Shown here in pieces: positions 11,367 through 25,545 of a DNA stretch of 64,000 nucleotides. The notes below the pieces were generated by a model. That model had not been told where the DNA came from. It did not search any database and saw nothing but the letters and a program-made list of their open reading frames with translations. A program made the position numbers and the translations under genes. The stretch lies in contig JBLDXI010000020.1 of assembly GCA_047495785.1 (NCBI GenBank), positions 1,116,001 through 1,180,000 of the forward strand, read 5' to 3'. Numbering within the stretch: position 1 is the first letter of the stretch; the number at the start of each line of letters is the position of its first letter. This DNA is from Lepidodermella squamata. Its lineage: Eukaryota > Animalia > Gastrotricha.

Positions 11367-14300
11367 CTAAAATGCAAATAAAACTGAAGCAAACGAATTT
11401 TTTAGTCCTATATGGTCCTATATTGCCCTATATAGATACCCCTGTACTTACCGTCACACTCGAATGCTGGTATGAACCATCGACTCGCGAGGCCACAAGT
11501 TATTTCAAAGAAATGTTGCTGAGTGAAAGGGATGACCTATAAAAAAAATGACTAAATTATTCACAAGTTTAGAGCAAAATTTCCTATAGCAAACCGTGTT
11601 GTTTGGGCAGAAGAAGTAAGCAACAGCTTGATAAGGCCAATAAGGCTTAGTCTCGTTGACGTAAGCCAATAAATTATGCCATGATTTTCCGATAAAAACA
11701 GGAACTAGGCGATCTGGTTTGTAGCAACCAACGCTGGTCAGATAGACCGAGGACGTTATCATATCCCCAACGGTTTGTTTACTGCCACAGAATTGTCTTC
11801 CCTCAGGGTGAGCAGTTCCAGACTGATCAACACAGTCGTCCGAACACGATGAATCATCAAGTTTAACATCAGCTGTTGGCAGTTTATTCAGGCAGAAACA
11901 GTATTTGTCAGCCAGAGCGCAATAGACATATTCCAACTCCATGCAAGCCTCGCGGCAAAGTCTCAACGGATCATAGGCCATTTTCGATATGTCAACGGTT
12001 GAATAAGGATTAAGGGGGTAAGATCCGTTCTGGTACATCCCAACCAGCGTCTTTATCTGGTAAGTTAGCGCAATGTCCTTTGCAGGATCTACTTTGAAGC
12101 AGCCCTTGTAGTAAAGGCTCAGAGTGCAGTCAACTGGTGGCGTTTTGTCCAGCGGATTGGCACTAGCTGCCGGTATCCATAAGGCTTCAGAACTGCATTT
12201 CAAACTCTGTTCATATCCTAGCCAAGCTTCATCCGTGTTCAGTTCGTAACCGATCTGGCAACGGTAGCCGACGTAAGATCTATAAGTTTTGATAGTTCCG
12301 TTATGGGTAGCTTGCGTGACATTAGGAAATGCACCACAGCTTTTCACTGAAATGCACAAACAATGTTTTAGGAGAAATTGGCGATTATCAGCAAAACTTA
12401 CCACTGCAGAAGAAAGGACCAGGCCTCCAAATACTGAGCTTTGATGCCGGATTTGCTACGCAGAATCTAACTGTATCCCTGTCCTCTAGGCCGTTTACTA
12501 CCTCGTAGCCGGGAGCTGAAAAGCCAACCATTAATAACAGAAAAAAATTCGACGAATAATATCAAACCGCAAGCCATATTCATAGCGCTCAGGTAATAGG
12601 GATACCGGGGAACGCTTGAATCATTGACCGGAGCGGTATCTTTTGTGATATTGTATACAATAGCTGAAAAAGTTGCACATGGTTTTCCTGAAAAAAACGA
12701 GATCAAGTTAATTTTATGTCTAACGCAATTTCTAACTTCTGCACTGCGGTAAAGGTTGGGACCATTCGCCAACTGAGTTGCATTTAGAGCCTGAGTAGGA
12801 AGAGTTCCTGATAAGCCAAGAATTACACGCTGCATTGAAATCTGATCCTGGATTATTGTATCTAGTTGGATAGTTGGCTAGTTTCTGATCAGCAATCGGG
12901 CATGTGGATTCACGCCAGCCCTGATCTGAGCAAGTCATCGAAACTTGAAATTCAACTACTTGATCAGGATAATTGGCCGACTGAGCTTCACAAGTGAATG
13001 AAGCTTGCTCGTCTTTACTGTATTGCGGCTTTAATGGAGATGCCCCTGAAGAAGCTGCACGAGGGCATGGTGCTGGTGGTACCCGGCAGGATGCGGCAGA
13101 GCACGGTCTCAAGCAATTGTTCTTGGTTTTGCACACGAATCGATTGTAGCCGTAAGTTTGATCAGTTCCGCTGCTTAGAGATCCAGGCACCGAATTTGCC
13201 GGACTAGAAAATTGGGTGGTCACATTTTCGAGCCGAAGAAGTGCGCTATCGTTGCTCCAAAGACCCGGTGGAAGATTGTAAGGTACCGAGTTTGACCCTT
13301 TCGTCAGCCACCCCCAGTCGCCCCAAACCACTGAAATAGGCAACGAAGTGAAGAATTTCTTGCCGATGTCTGAGTAAACTTACATTGAGCTCGAGATGTA
13401 GCGACCTTCCGGCAGGCTGTTTGCAAGGGCCCGATATCTTGCGACGTCAACACTGTGGTATACAACGCAACACAGGTCAAATATCCTTTGAATTGACCGA
13501 TATCGACTCGACTGAAATCAGCAGAGACAGGCGTCAAATTTGAAGAACCACAGATTGTTCCGTTAAGATAAACTGTCAATTGGTTAGATTCGCCGTCGTA
13601 GGTAACGACGAAGTGTGACCAGACAAAATTCGGAAATCGGCATTTCGTCAGGTTGGCTACGGAGCTATCTACGATTTGCACACCAAGCATATTTGAAGGA
13701 AAAGTCCTCAGTGAAAAAGAATCGGTCCTGAAGATAGCATTTGAGCCAACCAGTGGCGAGTCCCGGTAAATGAAATAAGAAATGCTGAAACGGGTCATGG
13801 CACTTGAGACTCTAGTCGCGTACTGAAGTCCAGTATAACCACTGAAGCTGTACGAGGATGGTTTCGTGATGGAGCTGAGGAAAGGCCCATGATCCACAAG
13901 AGTGGCTGCCGATATATTTCTTGTCCCTGCGCCAATGTAGTTATCCGTCAAATCATCAGCGCGATAAATGCTAGTCAACGGCCAGAAACCCAGGGTGAAA
14001 CTTGGCAAATAAACATCTTCGTGGGCTGAAATATATTCAGGGAAAAAAGCGCCTTTGGATAGGAGTAATCAGCGTACTTCGAAATTTGCAATTTGCCAAG
14101 CAGCCCGATCCTTTTCCATCGCAGCTCTCGCCCAAATCAAGTCTATTGTCTCCACATTTAGGTCGAGCTATAGGAAGTGGATTTGTTTAAAAACACCAAG
14201 TTTAACAGGTTATAATCGTTTTCCCTACCATAAGCACCCGTTTCACAGAATGACGTTGACCCCATAATTTCCAAATCAAGCTCTGCGAGAACCCAAGTGA

Positions 14301-17300
14301 AGTTGCGGCCAGAACCGTATGTGGTTGCTAACAAAAAGTATTGATCCTTCGTTTTCACAGTACCAGTGTCGAAAAACTGCGGCGGATTCGGTTTGGCCAG
14401 GTATTCATACAACCCAGAAAAATTGTTCGCTGAATACAGCTTATCCCAGCCAATCCAGTATTGCTGATTCACTTGAATCAAATGAACTAATAGTTTCAAA
14501 ATCATATCAGTGCAAGAAGGCTCACGTCTGAAGTATATCAACCCCAAGGCGAAGTGCCACGGCTGCTGAACCATGTTTGCGTAATTATAGAAAAATGAAT
14601 TTTGAGCTCGGTCCCTCGGAAAGGCGAGAGAGCCGCCCCTCCTTCGACAATGGCGCCATACGCTCGGCGCGGTTCTGCTGAATAGAACCTGCGGCTCGTA
14701 GAAATAACAGTAGTTACCATATGGCCAAAAATCGACAGGGCAAGCTGGTAAGAATAGAATATCAATAACTTAGTGAATCTATCTTGACCTAAAAACCAAC
14801 AGCTAAAGCGACGGCAGTAAGAAGCTAACGATCCCATATTGGACCAGACGATTGGGCGATCAAATAGCATGAAACAGCCCATGTTGCCGATTATGCCGGG
14901 TTGGTTCCAATCCGTTCTTTTCCAGCCGAGCAAAACTGGATCAGATGGCAATCCATGCGACTGATAGTTGGCAAGGCCAATCGCAGTCCGATTCAGGGTC
15001 ACGTTGAATATAGATTTGAATTTACTAAGAAAGCTGGCCAGTCCGGTGGTAGCGTCGTAGGAGTAGAAATAAAACCGAGAACTTGAGATGATAACACATT
15101 TTTGCTACGAAAAATACTGAAGAAATTTCTTACTTCATCATAAAGCCTGAGTTGCCTGTTGCTGACTCTGTCGCTACGGAAATGTCGCTTTCTGACCCAT
15201 CAGGATGTTTCATGTAGAGCCTCATCTCGCGTTGCGATAGTGTCCCCGATGGCGTTGTGGTTGATGAAGTTACAGGTGGGTTCAAGAGATCTATCGTGGT
15301 ATTAATCGTATTGCTAATCAAGTCTCGCTTCTTCCTTCCCGCTGGGCTTGAATAGGTCAACACGAAGTAATAACCGACTTCGACGAATCCTCCAACACAA
15401 GCTCTGAAGTCATAATAAATCATGAAAATAGATAACCAGGGAGGTGTAATTTTACAGAGTCCGTCTGACTGAATCTGTGACGTTCGGGGTGGCCCAATAG
15501 AATCCGAAAGTAAACGATCGATTTGGAGAAATGTCGTAAGCTGGCCATTGAGACGGCGGAACGAGTCTCAAGCTACAATGAGTTGTAAGAATCTCGAAAA
15601 CAACTACTAAAATTTCACCTCGAATATCCTGAAAATGCCGCGGTTTCGGCATTGAGCAATTCCCGATTTGCCGTTTTCGCTGCATTTACTAGCCCCAAGA
15701 AGCTGTAAGATATTGATCCGTAAGCAATTTCGCCAACTGCACGCTGATAGCCGACATCTTCGAGCCCGTACTGCGCTGTTAGAGGCCAAAGTCCGATCAA
15801 GTTGGGCGCGAAAGGTAGTTTCAACATCGATTGACCCTCAAGTTGACATCTGCCTGAACATCCGTCGCCAGAGACCATATTGCCATCGTCACACTCTTCA
15901 AAGCCATCAATCTCGCCATTGCCACAATTCGAGTCTAACCCAGCGACGATGAGATATTCGCACGAAGTTTTGAACGATGATAGAGCAGACTGCCGTGATG
16001 ATGAGTTCTGGAGAAAATCCGAATACATGGCGGCGCAAGCTATCGGGCCGTAAACTCCGCGCCCTATCTTAAGGGAGAAGTTTGAAGTAGGATTGCCCGA
16101 TGTTGACGCAAAGGTGAAGTTCGCTAAGGTAGTGTCGTTCGAGACAACGAAAACATGAGTAGCATTGCAGGTCAACCCTAAAGCCATCCATTTATTCAAA
16201 AATGTTGAGTTCATAGGACTTGACGTAGGGAATCGCCACAATACTGAATCTAAGCTGCTACCATACTGCATCCAAAGAGTGTTGTTGATTCGGCTGCTAC
16301 TTCTCTGGAAATAAAATCCTCCATTCGTAGCATCGTAGCAGAACATGTGGCCTTGGTAATATGTCGATCCGGCAGGATTATTGTTCGTGGTGAAGAGTGA
16401 TACTTCGAAGAAACATGACGATTCTGGCAGATAGTTCGACTGGAATGTGTTAGTATTTTGACTGAATCTGCCGTAGATGAAAAACGTCATCGGGCAAGTG
16501 ATGGAGTCTGAGAAGTAGTTCGACAGGTCGTGATAGTCTGAATTGTATCAACTTGAAGCTCTCAGCAAAGTTAAGCTAATTTTCTTACTGTAGGGGGTGA
16601 AAATTGGGACCCTAGCCGTCATTGACCACGGAACTGAAGTCATTTCGGGAAGACCCCCGACAAATGATCCGTGCCTCTCGTTGCCGCTAAGATCAGATTC
16701 AAGTAGTCGGCTTTCTGAATAAGCCCAGAATCCCATCATCGAAGAAACGGAGAAATTGCCAGCAATACCTATCGCAAGAAATCAAACTTCGAAGTTAATG
16801 AAATTAATCTTTAGTTACTTGGCCGAAGACGCTGTAACAATCCGACTGTATATTGCCTATCTGCGCTTAGAAGTCCATTAATCTCCTCGTATTCCGCCAA
16901 AGATTCAATATAGAGCGGAGAGGTTGGCTCGCCTAGGACTCCGTTTGTGCAAACATTATTAGCCACTGTCAAAGATTCAGCAAAGCTTGTGAAACAAACA
17001 TTTTGACATCAGTTGTAACTGAGTTTTTAGTTCACGTACTATTCGGCAATAAAATAGCAATTACCACGCCAGAGAATGAACCCGGCGGGGCAGCAATTTT
17101 GCTCCTCAACTAAGCACGTATCACTGCAGCCATCCATTGACTCGCGATTTCCGTCATCACAAGTCTCGCCCAACTCCACAACTTTATTGCCGCAAACGCC
17201 TTGGAAGCCTAAGGCAGTCACATCTAATTGGATGAAAACTTGAATGAGCGAAATTATTCTTCCATGGTGAACATACTTTTCGAGTAGTCTTGGCAGACAG

Positions 17301-20300
17301 CACGCAATTGGTTTATCTCAATTTCAGTCAATAGGCAATCGTAAATTGCCAAGCATTTGATTGAAACGGCACTTAGGAATGGAGTATTTACTATCACTTC
17401 GATTGGGAAGCTGATGTAAGGCGGCATCTGAATAGCTTCGAAGAACGTGTAGTTAGCAAGCCTGGCATTTATGTATGCCTTAGCCATCAGGCTATCGAGG
17501 TCCAATGAGAATGTGACAGTAAACGGGAATGAAAAACTACCGCTGACAGCCAAAACCTGTGGTTCGTACCAATAGTAATGTTGGACGATGATAATAACGG
17601 TTTTGTAGCCAATTTTAACGGTTAGGGTTGAGTTGGGACCAAAAGCCATAGCTGTAACAGGTAAATCACCCGATGCGAGATTAATGCTTGTAACCAAGAA
17701 AGAAACGCTTATTTCCGAAGAGAAATTGAAGTTTTCAACAGGCAAGGATTCAGTAATATAGGTTGAGTTTGAAGCTGGTGTGCTATTCCAAGCCAAGCTT
17801 AAAGGTCCTCTGTCGACATCATTGAATCTGCCTTGCCCAAATGGCCAAAACGAAATCAAGTGATCGTAAACCGGGAATTTACCTAAGAAATCAGAGCATT
17901 AGCTGTTCATATGAATCGTTAAGCCTTACTGTATCGAGCTGATGAGCTGAATTGATAAAGCGGTCTGGCTAATGTCTTCGAGCAATCGACTGTTCTCAAA
18001 CCAGGATTTACCTCTGAGATATCCATGACAACACACCAAGTTGGCGAATTCTGTGAAGGCTGCCCTTGGAGCCACATCGAACTATCAATCGATTTATTGG
18101 ATGATAGCCAAAGGTATTCCGAACGACTCGGATCAAAGAATGCTCCAACCCAAAATAGCTTTGCTGAAGTTGAGTTAGCGAGAGATGTAAACTCAATGGC
18201 ATCACTGACCGCATTGAACGTATCTTCTTCAGTAAAATCTGCCACATTTCCACCCTTGGGGACAAATGCCATAGCGTAGGAGAAGTTCATCCCGTTAGTG
18301 AAAGAAGAGTTTTCACGGTAGGAGTAACAGAAACCATTCAGCTCAACTGCCCACTCTCCGCAGTTGCTTGTGTTAATAATTGAATTGAGTGTGCAAGCTT
18401 CGACGCATCGATCCATCCCAACCCATGTTCCATCAGATTGGCAAGTTATTGCCTTGTTGTTATCCCCAGTGCTTAGGAAAACTGCCGTATCAGATTCACA
18501 CTCGATTGTGGCGGTATTGCCTGATAATATAAGGGTAAAAGCTATCTTTTGAATTTATCAAAAAACCTGAGTAAAATGTAGATATTTCGTTGCAGAGGAA
18601 CACCATACTCAGAGCTGATTGCACGCTTTTTGATGGCAAGGGACACAATGGTACTGAAAAAGAAGACTGGTAACTTGCATCTATGAAACGCTCATCACGT
18701 ACTGAATGTCATTGGCTTTGGAGCATTGGAGACGTTCGCCGATGTGAAAAGTGACGATGAAACCGGGGCGCGGCAAAAGCTCTGATAAGTTTCTCCAGTG
18801 CTAGCATTGCATGTATCCAGCTGGAATAGGTTCGATTCATCGAGATATGGGCATAGAGCTGGGTATCAAAATAGCTGGAAAAATTGAAGCTATAGTGGCT
18901 TAATGTTTTACCTTCGACACAAGGTGGAAGGTCACTCCAGCCCGTAGATTGCTGACAGGTGATATTTTTTGTAACGTCAAGATCGCGAAACCGGAAATTA
19001 GCGATGCAGCGAATTATCACTGATGAATTAACTGAAAATCAAATCCTGAAATATTGGCATGTTCGGCAGATATTTCGCCATATACTTGGATATGAATTAT
19101 TCGGCAATGTGACTGTTGCCCAGCTGCCACCAAGGGACATGACCTCGTAATTACTATAAAAAAGGGGCAACGCCGAACATCTTGTGACCGCCATTGCTGT
19201 TGCATTGTCAGTAGCGACTCGGCCACAGCCTGGGCTCAGTGGACGCTCGCAGATGAAATACTGCGCTTTAGAGCAGGCATCTGGATACCACATCCCATCC
19301 CTCGATTCCATTGCGTAGCACGTATTTGTTGTTAGAACAGTCGATTGAACTTTTGTTCCCTTGGCTAGATTACTGTACACTGAACCCTTTGTCGCGTCTT
19401 GGTCTGTGTAAAACCAATGCGGTTTCGTCAGCCGAGCTTCGACTGCGAGAGATCATCACTAGATTACATTGCGTATTTACTTAAAACTTACTGTCGGGGA
19501 TACTTTCCCCACTCTGCGAGCAAACTACATTGAATGGATAAGCTAGAGCATTATAGCACATCGGGTGATATGTGAAAATAAACCAGCTCGATCGATCAAT
19601 TCGATACCATAAAGCAACTCTCAAAGAATCGTCGGGCGGTATCTCCGGGCAACTAATGAATGTAAGGCCTGCATTTATTATTGTGCCGAAGAAGGAATCA
19701 GCGGTTGGGGAGGAACCATCATCCTCCCATACGAAATTATCTGAAATATCGGTCATCATTGGGGAAATAAGGATTCGAATCATACCAAGGGCGAATTTTG
19801 CCATGTAGTTGCCCGTATCAAAGCTCAGGTTGACAGCATTACTAGGCCATTGCTTTGAGGCCTTCAGGTTGGCAGATAACACCAAATTGGTCCACAAGCC
19901 GAAACGGTACTTGGAATTACTCCCTTGTGCTGACATTCTGGGACTCCTAATCATAAATCCCAAAACTGCATCGGCTTGAGCATCGTTATCAATGCGCAAC
20001 AAATTCGGCCAATTCGAGCCGCCGCAAAAGCTGACCACACTATTATAAGGCAGCAGAGTTGTCAGCATTTTGAAGCACCGGCCCTGTAGTGGCACATAAT
20101 CGATCGGACAGGATATGTCTAAAAGGCATATTATAAAGCTCATATTTACATTATTGTAAAGCGATCAGAATTTACATGAGCTGATCGCAGATTTCCAAGC
20201 TGACCGATCAGGCTCAATCACGAGGGCAGCTTCACAGAAAAAAGTCCGGTAATCATAGTACCCACGGGGAAACATGGTCCACGATCCATTCACAGAGCCA

Positions 20301-23300
20301 ACGACAAACCCGTCCGTCACTATTCCGGAAACATTTGTCCACTTGTCTTTCGCAGCCGAAGGGTCAAAAGGTACGCCATCGTACCATTGAACGAATTGCG
20401 ATGCATTAGCTCCTGAATTCAAACTTGTTAGTGAATTGCAATTACTAAAAAGGACGAAGGGGACAAACCCTTCACGTTGATTGGCGTTTGGAGCGGCGTC
20501 ATCAAGCCTAGATAGATGATGTTCGCAGGGCTGAACATTCTGCTAATATTGCCGAGGAAAGCTGCGTCATCAGGAGTCTGCTCAACAGGCTTGTAACCAC
20601 CCCCATTTGCCATGCACAATATTTCATCGTCATGGGGCCATGCAAACGGGGAACTTGCAATCCAGTAGCACCTGTTGACGGCTGCGACGTAGAAATAGTT
20701 GTCAGGACAGCGCAGCATTCTAGCTGTCATTGCGATCCAATAACGACCGCCACTTTCTTCTATAATCTCAGCATACATCTGGTTTTCCCGTGCTGTTTCG
20801 ATGTGAGCCAAGTATCCCCCCTGGGAGTAGCAATAGTCCAAAGCGTTTTGCCACGACCCAGCATCTTCCATCGATGACAATGTCATGCACTCTTCGTTTA
20901 AAATCACCCAGCCTTCAGGGCAGGCTTGTGAGCAGGAAGCGAAAGGCTGGCTTTCACACAAAAGAGAACCCATTGCCAACGAAATGTTAGAGCTAGTTCC
21001 CTGATAAGACGTCAACATTCCGTCTGGTCCGATGGCGAGAAATTTCTCGGAAGCGTTTCTCATCGAATTTGCATATTGCCCAACTGAGAACACCGGTGAC
21101 AAAGCCGTGCCATGAAGTGGCCAAGTTCTAGAGTCTACAGGTTTGAAAAGCAGTAAAACTCATAACTTTAATAGAGATAAAATACTGTAATCGTTCGCCA
21201 TTGCGAATGGATTTGATAAATAGTTGTTAGTTGGCAAAACAGCCCAGTTCCTTCCTTCTCGCCAGATATGAGAAGAACTACGGCATGGTGTGGCCCAATG
21301 GCATGCCTCTTCCCAAAACGGGAAAGTAGAACTCTGACCCACTTTAGCTCTGTAATTACGAGCATACAACATCTCCTCCTCAGACTCGATGCTGATAGGC
21401 CAGACGCTACCGGTTTTCCACAGTGAAAACCCATCACGGTGGCATTTATACACCGCAGCGTAGAAATTTAGTGGCGTCACTGTGAGCAATAATGTTATAT
21501 AATCGATAGCTTTAAGAAGTTTGTTTCACCTCTTGAGGCATAGGGCAGCGTTGTACGGTAACAGCTATCTCTGAAGTAGGCCCAGCCCTCTGGACATGAT
21601 CTAGCGCTGTTTTTCAGGCCGAGGACTGAGATTTCTCTGATGCCACCTGTGTTAGTCGAGCACCTAATATAATCCCATTTCAGATTGGTACCGTTGATAA
21701 CGATGCAGTTATTCCCTGCATCGGGTGTGAATTTGTCTGACTGCATTTTGAAATTGTGAACTCCAGTTGATTTTAAAGGCAGCTGAAATTGTGTCTCGCG
21801 CCAATCGATCCTCCATTTGAAGTCAGCTGCTCAACAATAAATATTGAATAAACCTATAGCATTCGAGCATAATTAAAGGCCCACCGAATTGTCCGTTTAT
21901 CAGCAAATTATTTGGTTCCAAACCGATGTACATAATGGCAGACTGGTACCTCTTGTGTTGCGATATAATTGCATTTAAAAACTCAAGTTCCATCCAATTT
22001 TCAATTCCAGCAAGGTGCGCGTTTCCCGATGCGAGATAATTTGTCGTCCAATCGCCTCCGAAAGTTCCATAGGCTGCATGTTGAACTGTTTAATTTTAAT
22101 CATTAAGCAGGAAACCATGTAATTGAAGAAACTTACTATCGTAAGTTTTCCCGCCAAAGTAATAGAATACACTATTGTCCGTCCGCACGAAAGGTTTTGC
22201 CAACGCACTCGCCCCTAAAATTATGTTTCGGATGGGTCCATGTATGGTCATTTTAAAATCTCACCCATGTAAACCGGTGTGCTACTGGGAATTCGGTAAT
22301 CGCATATGAAGGGAAGCATAGTAGCTTGATCCTCGGAGTAAAAAAATCCATAGTAGTGAATGGTCATGTACTGGTTCTTCTGAAACTTCGAAGAGAGAGC
22401 AGCGTCACTCAGTGCTGAGTATGGCGGTGGGTAGAATGTCGTCGCGTATATATCAATCTTGTCCGGATTTTCGAACCTGATAAATTTAACAAACTTGAAA
22501 CTGCAATTTCTTTTATGCGAGATTCTTCTACCAAAATGGGGTACCCACACCGTCCGTAAAGCCGCCGACCCAAGCTCTGATAATGTTAATCCCGTTACTC
22601 TGCATAAGCTGGCTCAAAATCATTCCCTACGAATAAAATCAATTGCAAACGATATGCACATGAGACATGGAAACAAACCTGTTCATAGACGAAAAACTGA
22701 GCCAGTCTTGCGCCGAAATTCTCTTTGCAGTAATTATCGGCATTCCCCCACGTCATAGCAGTAGTCACGATTCGATAGCAGCGCCCGTACAGCTCCAACC
22801 AACCGCTCATGCACTTATGCATTCTAACCCACAGGCGCTTGAGCTGTGTAGCGGGGAACAACCGTCGGTAGTTCGCGATGAATCTGTAGTCATCTTCGTT
22901 ATCAATCGATGCCGGTGCTGACTGTTGGCAAAAACTCGTCAAAAAGCTGTTGTAATCAGCAGTTGCGTTAACAGTCACGGGTGGAATGTACCACGCTTTT
23001 GATCCACGGCGAATCCAATTTAAAGCAAAGCTCGCGGGATAAGTCAAATTCGGTCCAAAACGGTCTGGAGCAAATGACATTCCAACTGAAGGTATGGTCA
23101 GGTTTGGCGCAAGTAATCCTGTGTAGCTGACAGAACCTCGGTTGGCCATGAGAATGTAGCCATTCGTGCTACCAACACTTAAGCTGATATTAGGCAGAAA
23201 AGGAGTTCCGTCTGACCAGAAGGCGTGACCGTGAACGATCATCAAAACGGGTCCGTACATGACATTTTGAATAACTTGATTTGCAACTAATCCCGACAAG

Positions 23301-24857
23301 CTGCTGTCACGGCTTTCCAATTGAACGCTTTGAAACTCCATCGGCCAATTTGCCAGAGGAAAAGAGTTGGAATATCGAAGGCAAGCAGCTTCTCCGTTCA
23401 CTTTTACTTCTTTGGATCCCCGCAAGCACCCAGCTCAAATGATAAATCGTATACGAGATTCTCTCATGAAAATGTAGTTCATTAACTTACATGGTCTGAA
23501 TTCACAAACAAATCCGCCTATAAGAGACGTGCAATTATCTAGGGTCATGACCCTCGAAGAATTCATCGAAACGCACAGCTGGTTTCCAGTTCCTGATGTT
23601 GTAGGCGAGCTTACCGTGACGTTGACCAAGGAAGGAGTAATGATTCGACCTCTCATGTCAACAACTGAAGGAGAGAGCTCAAACCTTGTTGTATAAATTC
23701 GAAAAATCTTACGAGGTCCAAAGTTGATGTTTGATGTTCCGCCATTAGCCGCACTTGTAATCGCTGGGTTGTAGTATCCAAGCCAAAACTTAGTGGAATT
23801 CGTAGCGTTTACTCGTTGTATTGAAACGCGAATCAAATCAAAGTTGATACTGATGGGGTTCAGATTAGTCGGTGCAGCTAAAGTGCCTCCATTTTGCTGA
23901 CATCTGCTTTGGGCGCTCAGAAAGTTGACTTGCTGTCTGTATGTAACGTAGATAGCTCTTGGCTCAGCTATTTCATCGCAATCAGTCACTTTTATAAGAC
24001 AAAATAGAGATAGTAAGGTAACATGTGATCAGAATTACTTCCGCTTAGGGTGTGCTTCCTAGCCAGGAGTCGAATTCGTTGAATCGTGGCCTGGCGATCA
24101 GAGTAATTAGCAATTCGGAGATCAGTCCCGACGAATGAGCTACAAATGCCATCCCACCAGCCAGTAGCCATTGAGCCGCAATTAGGTAGAGGGCTGTCCG
24201 ATGTTGCAAAAGATCCGCAAGTTGTCCCTGTACCTTGGCTACATCTCAACAGCGAAGGAGCTGTGGCGAGAGAGATTTATTTACTATCTAATTGTAGTAG
24301 CATGGTAACTTGCCTCTCATTGGATTGCACGTTAAATTCAACCCGCTGGTGCCAGATTGTGAAATAGCATACCGATCTCCGGAGCCAGCAATCTTGAATC
24401 CGTCATAGGCCTGCCAAAAATACCGGCCGTAGTTGTCCCAAACTTCAGCAACAATTGCATAGGCTCCATCGTAAGTTAACGCGAAAATCTGGTCGTTTCC
24501 CAGCCAAAAACTATCGGCTAGATTACCAAAGCCGTCTTTGTAGTCCTGCCATGGCCTGGCGAAATCGACGGGCCCTGACAGGTTACGATTGAAAATAACC
24601 GTCCAGCCCCCGCCAAAGTCGTTCATCTCGCAATAGGCATCGAACGATGAGCTTAGTTTTGTTGGTTGTATGCGGTAGATTCCGCTAGCTGCTGAGCCAT
24701 TGCTCAACAGAATTTGTTCGCAGTCACCTGAAGCTGTAGTCGAACACTGACCATTTGCTAAAAAGAAGAAAATTCGATGCTAGAAAACCTTTCAAGGCAA
24801 ATAGGTACCTTTGTTGTATAGAAGCAACAATATTATTATTCTTTCAAAAATCTTCAT
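11367..24857 (-). CDS. Giant secreted mosaic protein (~3,800 aa, ~38 short introns): fibrinogen-related domain, many C-type lectin domains, sushi/CCP, LamG/pentraxin-like domains, CDDGN-type Cys repeats, WSC domain
   Basis: ATG 24857 with signal peptide. Every ORF fragment from 24707 to 11505 joins in frame through 45-62 nt GT(GC)-AG introns. Motifs: FReD (YCEMNDFGGGWTV..WQDYKDGFG..FWLGN), CTL (CPEGW..CY..W..A..C..WIG), CGNGEIDGFEECDDGNMVSGDGCS, WSC (YKGCF..CREAC..YCFC). Last confident exon ends at 11452; the 17-nt terminal exon 11367-11383 is tentative. Confidence 0.8.
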
Positions 24858-25115
24858 TTTATTCGTCTGTGTCTAGTTTGCGAATAAACGCTGCATGCTG
24901 GGCTTAACTTGCCTACTCCCATCGCTGTTTTGGTTTGTTGAGAAGTAGCCACGCAACCAGCTGCTTGTTTATGAGTAAAGTGAAGAAATCGAAGCTTAAA
25001 TTTTCGCACAGGACTTTTATTCTTCCCACAAAATGCGTTTTATTTTCTCAGTCACATCGATAATCGCGGCATACACCCACCTGTCTGTCATACAAATTTT
25101 GCATAATAAATCCTT

Positions 25116-25545
25116 TCAGTAGTTATAAGCAAAAGCAATGATTCCGATGGTTGCCAAGAGAAGAATACTGGGCGAAGCCACGAAATTTCCAGCATTGCAA
25201 AGATCCGTATTACAGCACGATACCCCTACAGTGGAACCACTGATTGTTATCGTGGATGGGCAAACTGATGTACAATCTCGTGTGTAAAGTGTAGTTGTGA
25301 TGCTACGCGGGAAAATTAAATGTTTTTATTATTTGATACACCCGCATCAGATTGAATTTTACTTACCCAGCCGTCAGAGTAAGAGTCGCCTTGCCGTAGT
25401 AGCAATAACTGACACCAGAGTCGCAAGTTTTCGCATCACCCTGTGCCACACAAGCTGAACAGCTGTAGCATTTCAACGCCGATACATTCGACGCAGATGC
25501 AATGATAAGGCCCAGAAACAAGGTGATTCGCGCAATATTTTGCAT
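25116..25545 (-). CDS. Ly6/uPAR (three-finger) GPI-anchored protein 1; 2 exons
   Basis: Signal peptide; LKCYSCSAC..CDSGVSYCY..TRDCTSVCP..SCCNTDLCN followed by a hydrophobic tail. Confidence 0.88.

Noticed and set aside
11505-24707. Many short same-strand ORFs suggesting stop-codon readthrough, an alternative genetic code or a pseudogene
   Set aside because: Every break is explained by a 45-62 nt intron that restores the frame under the standard code
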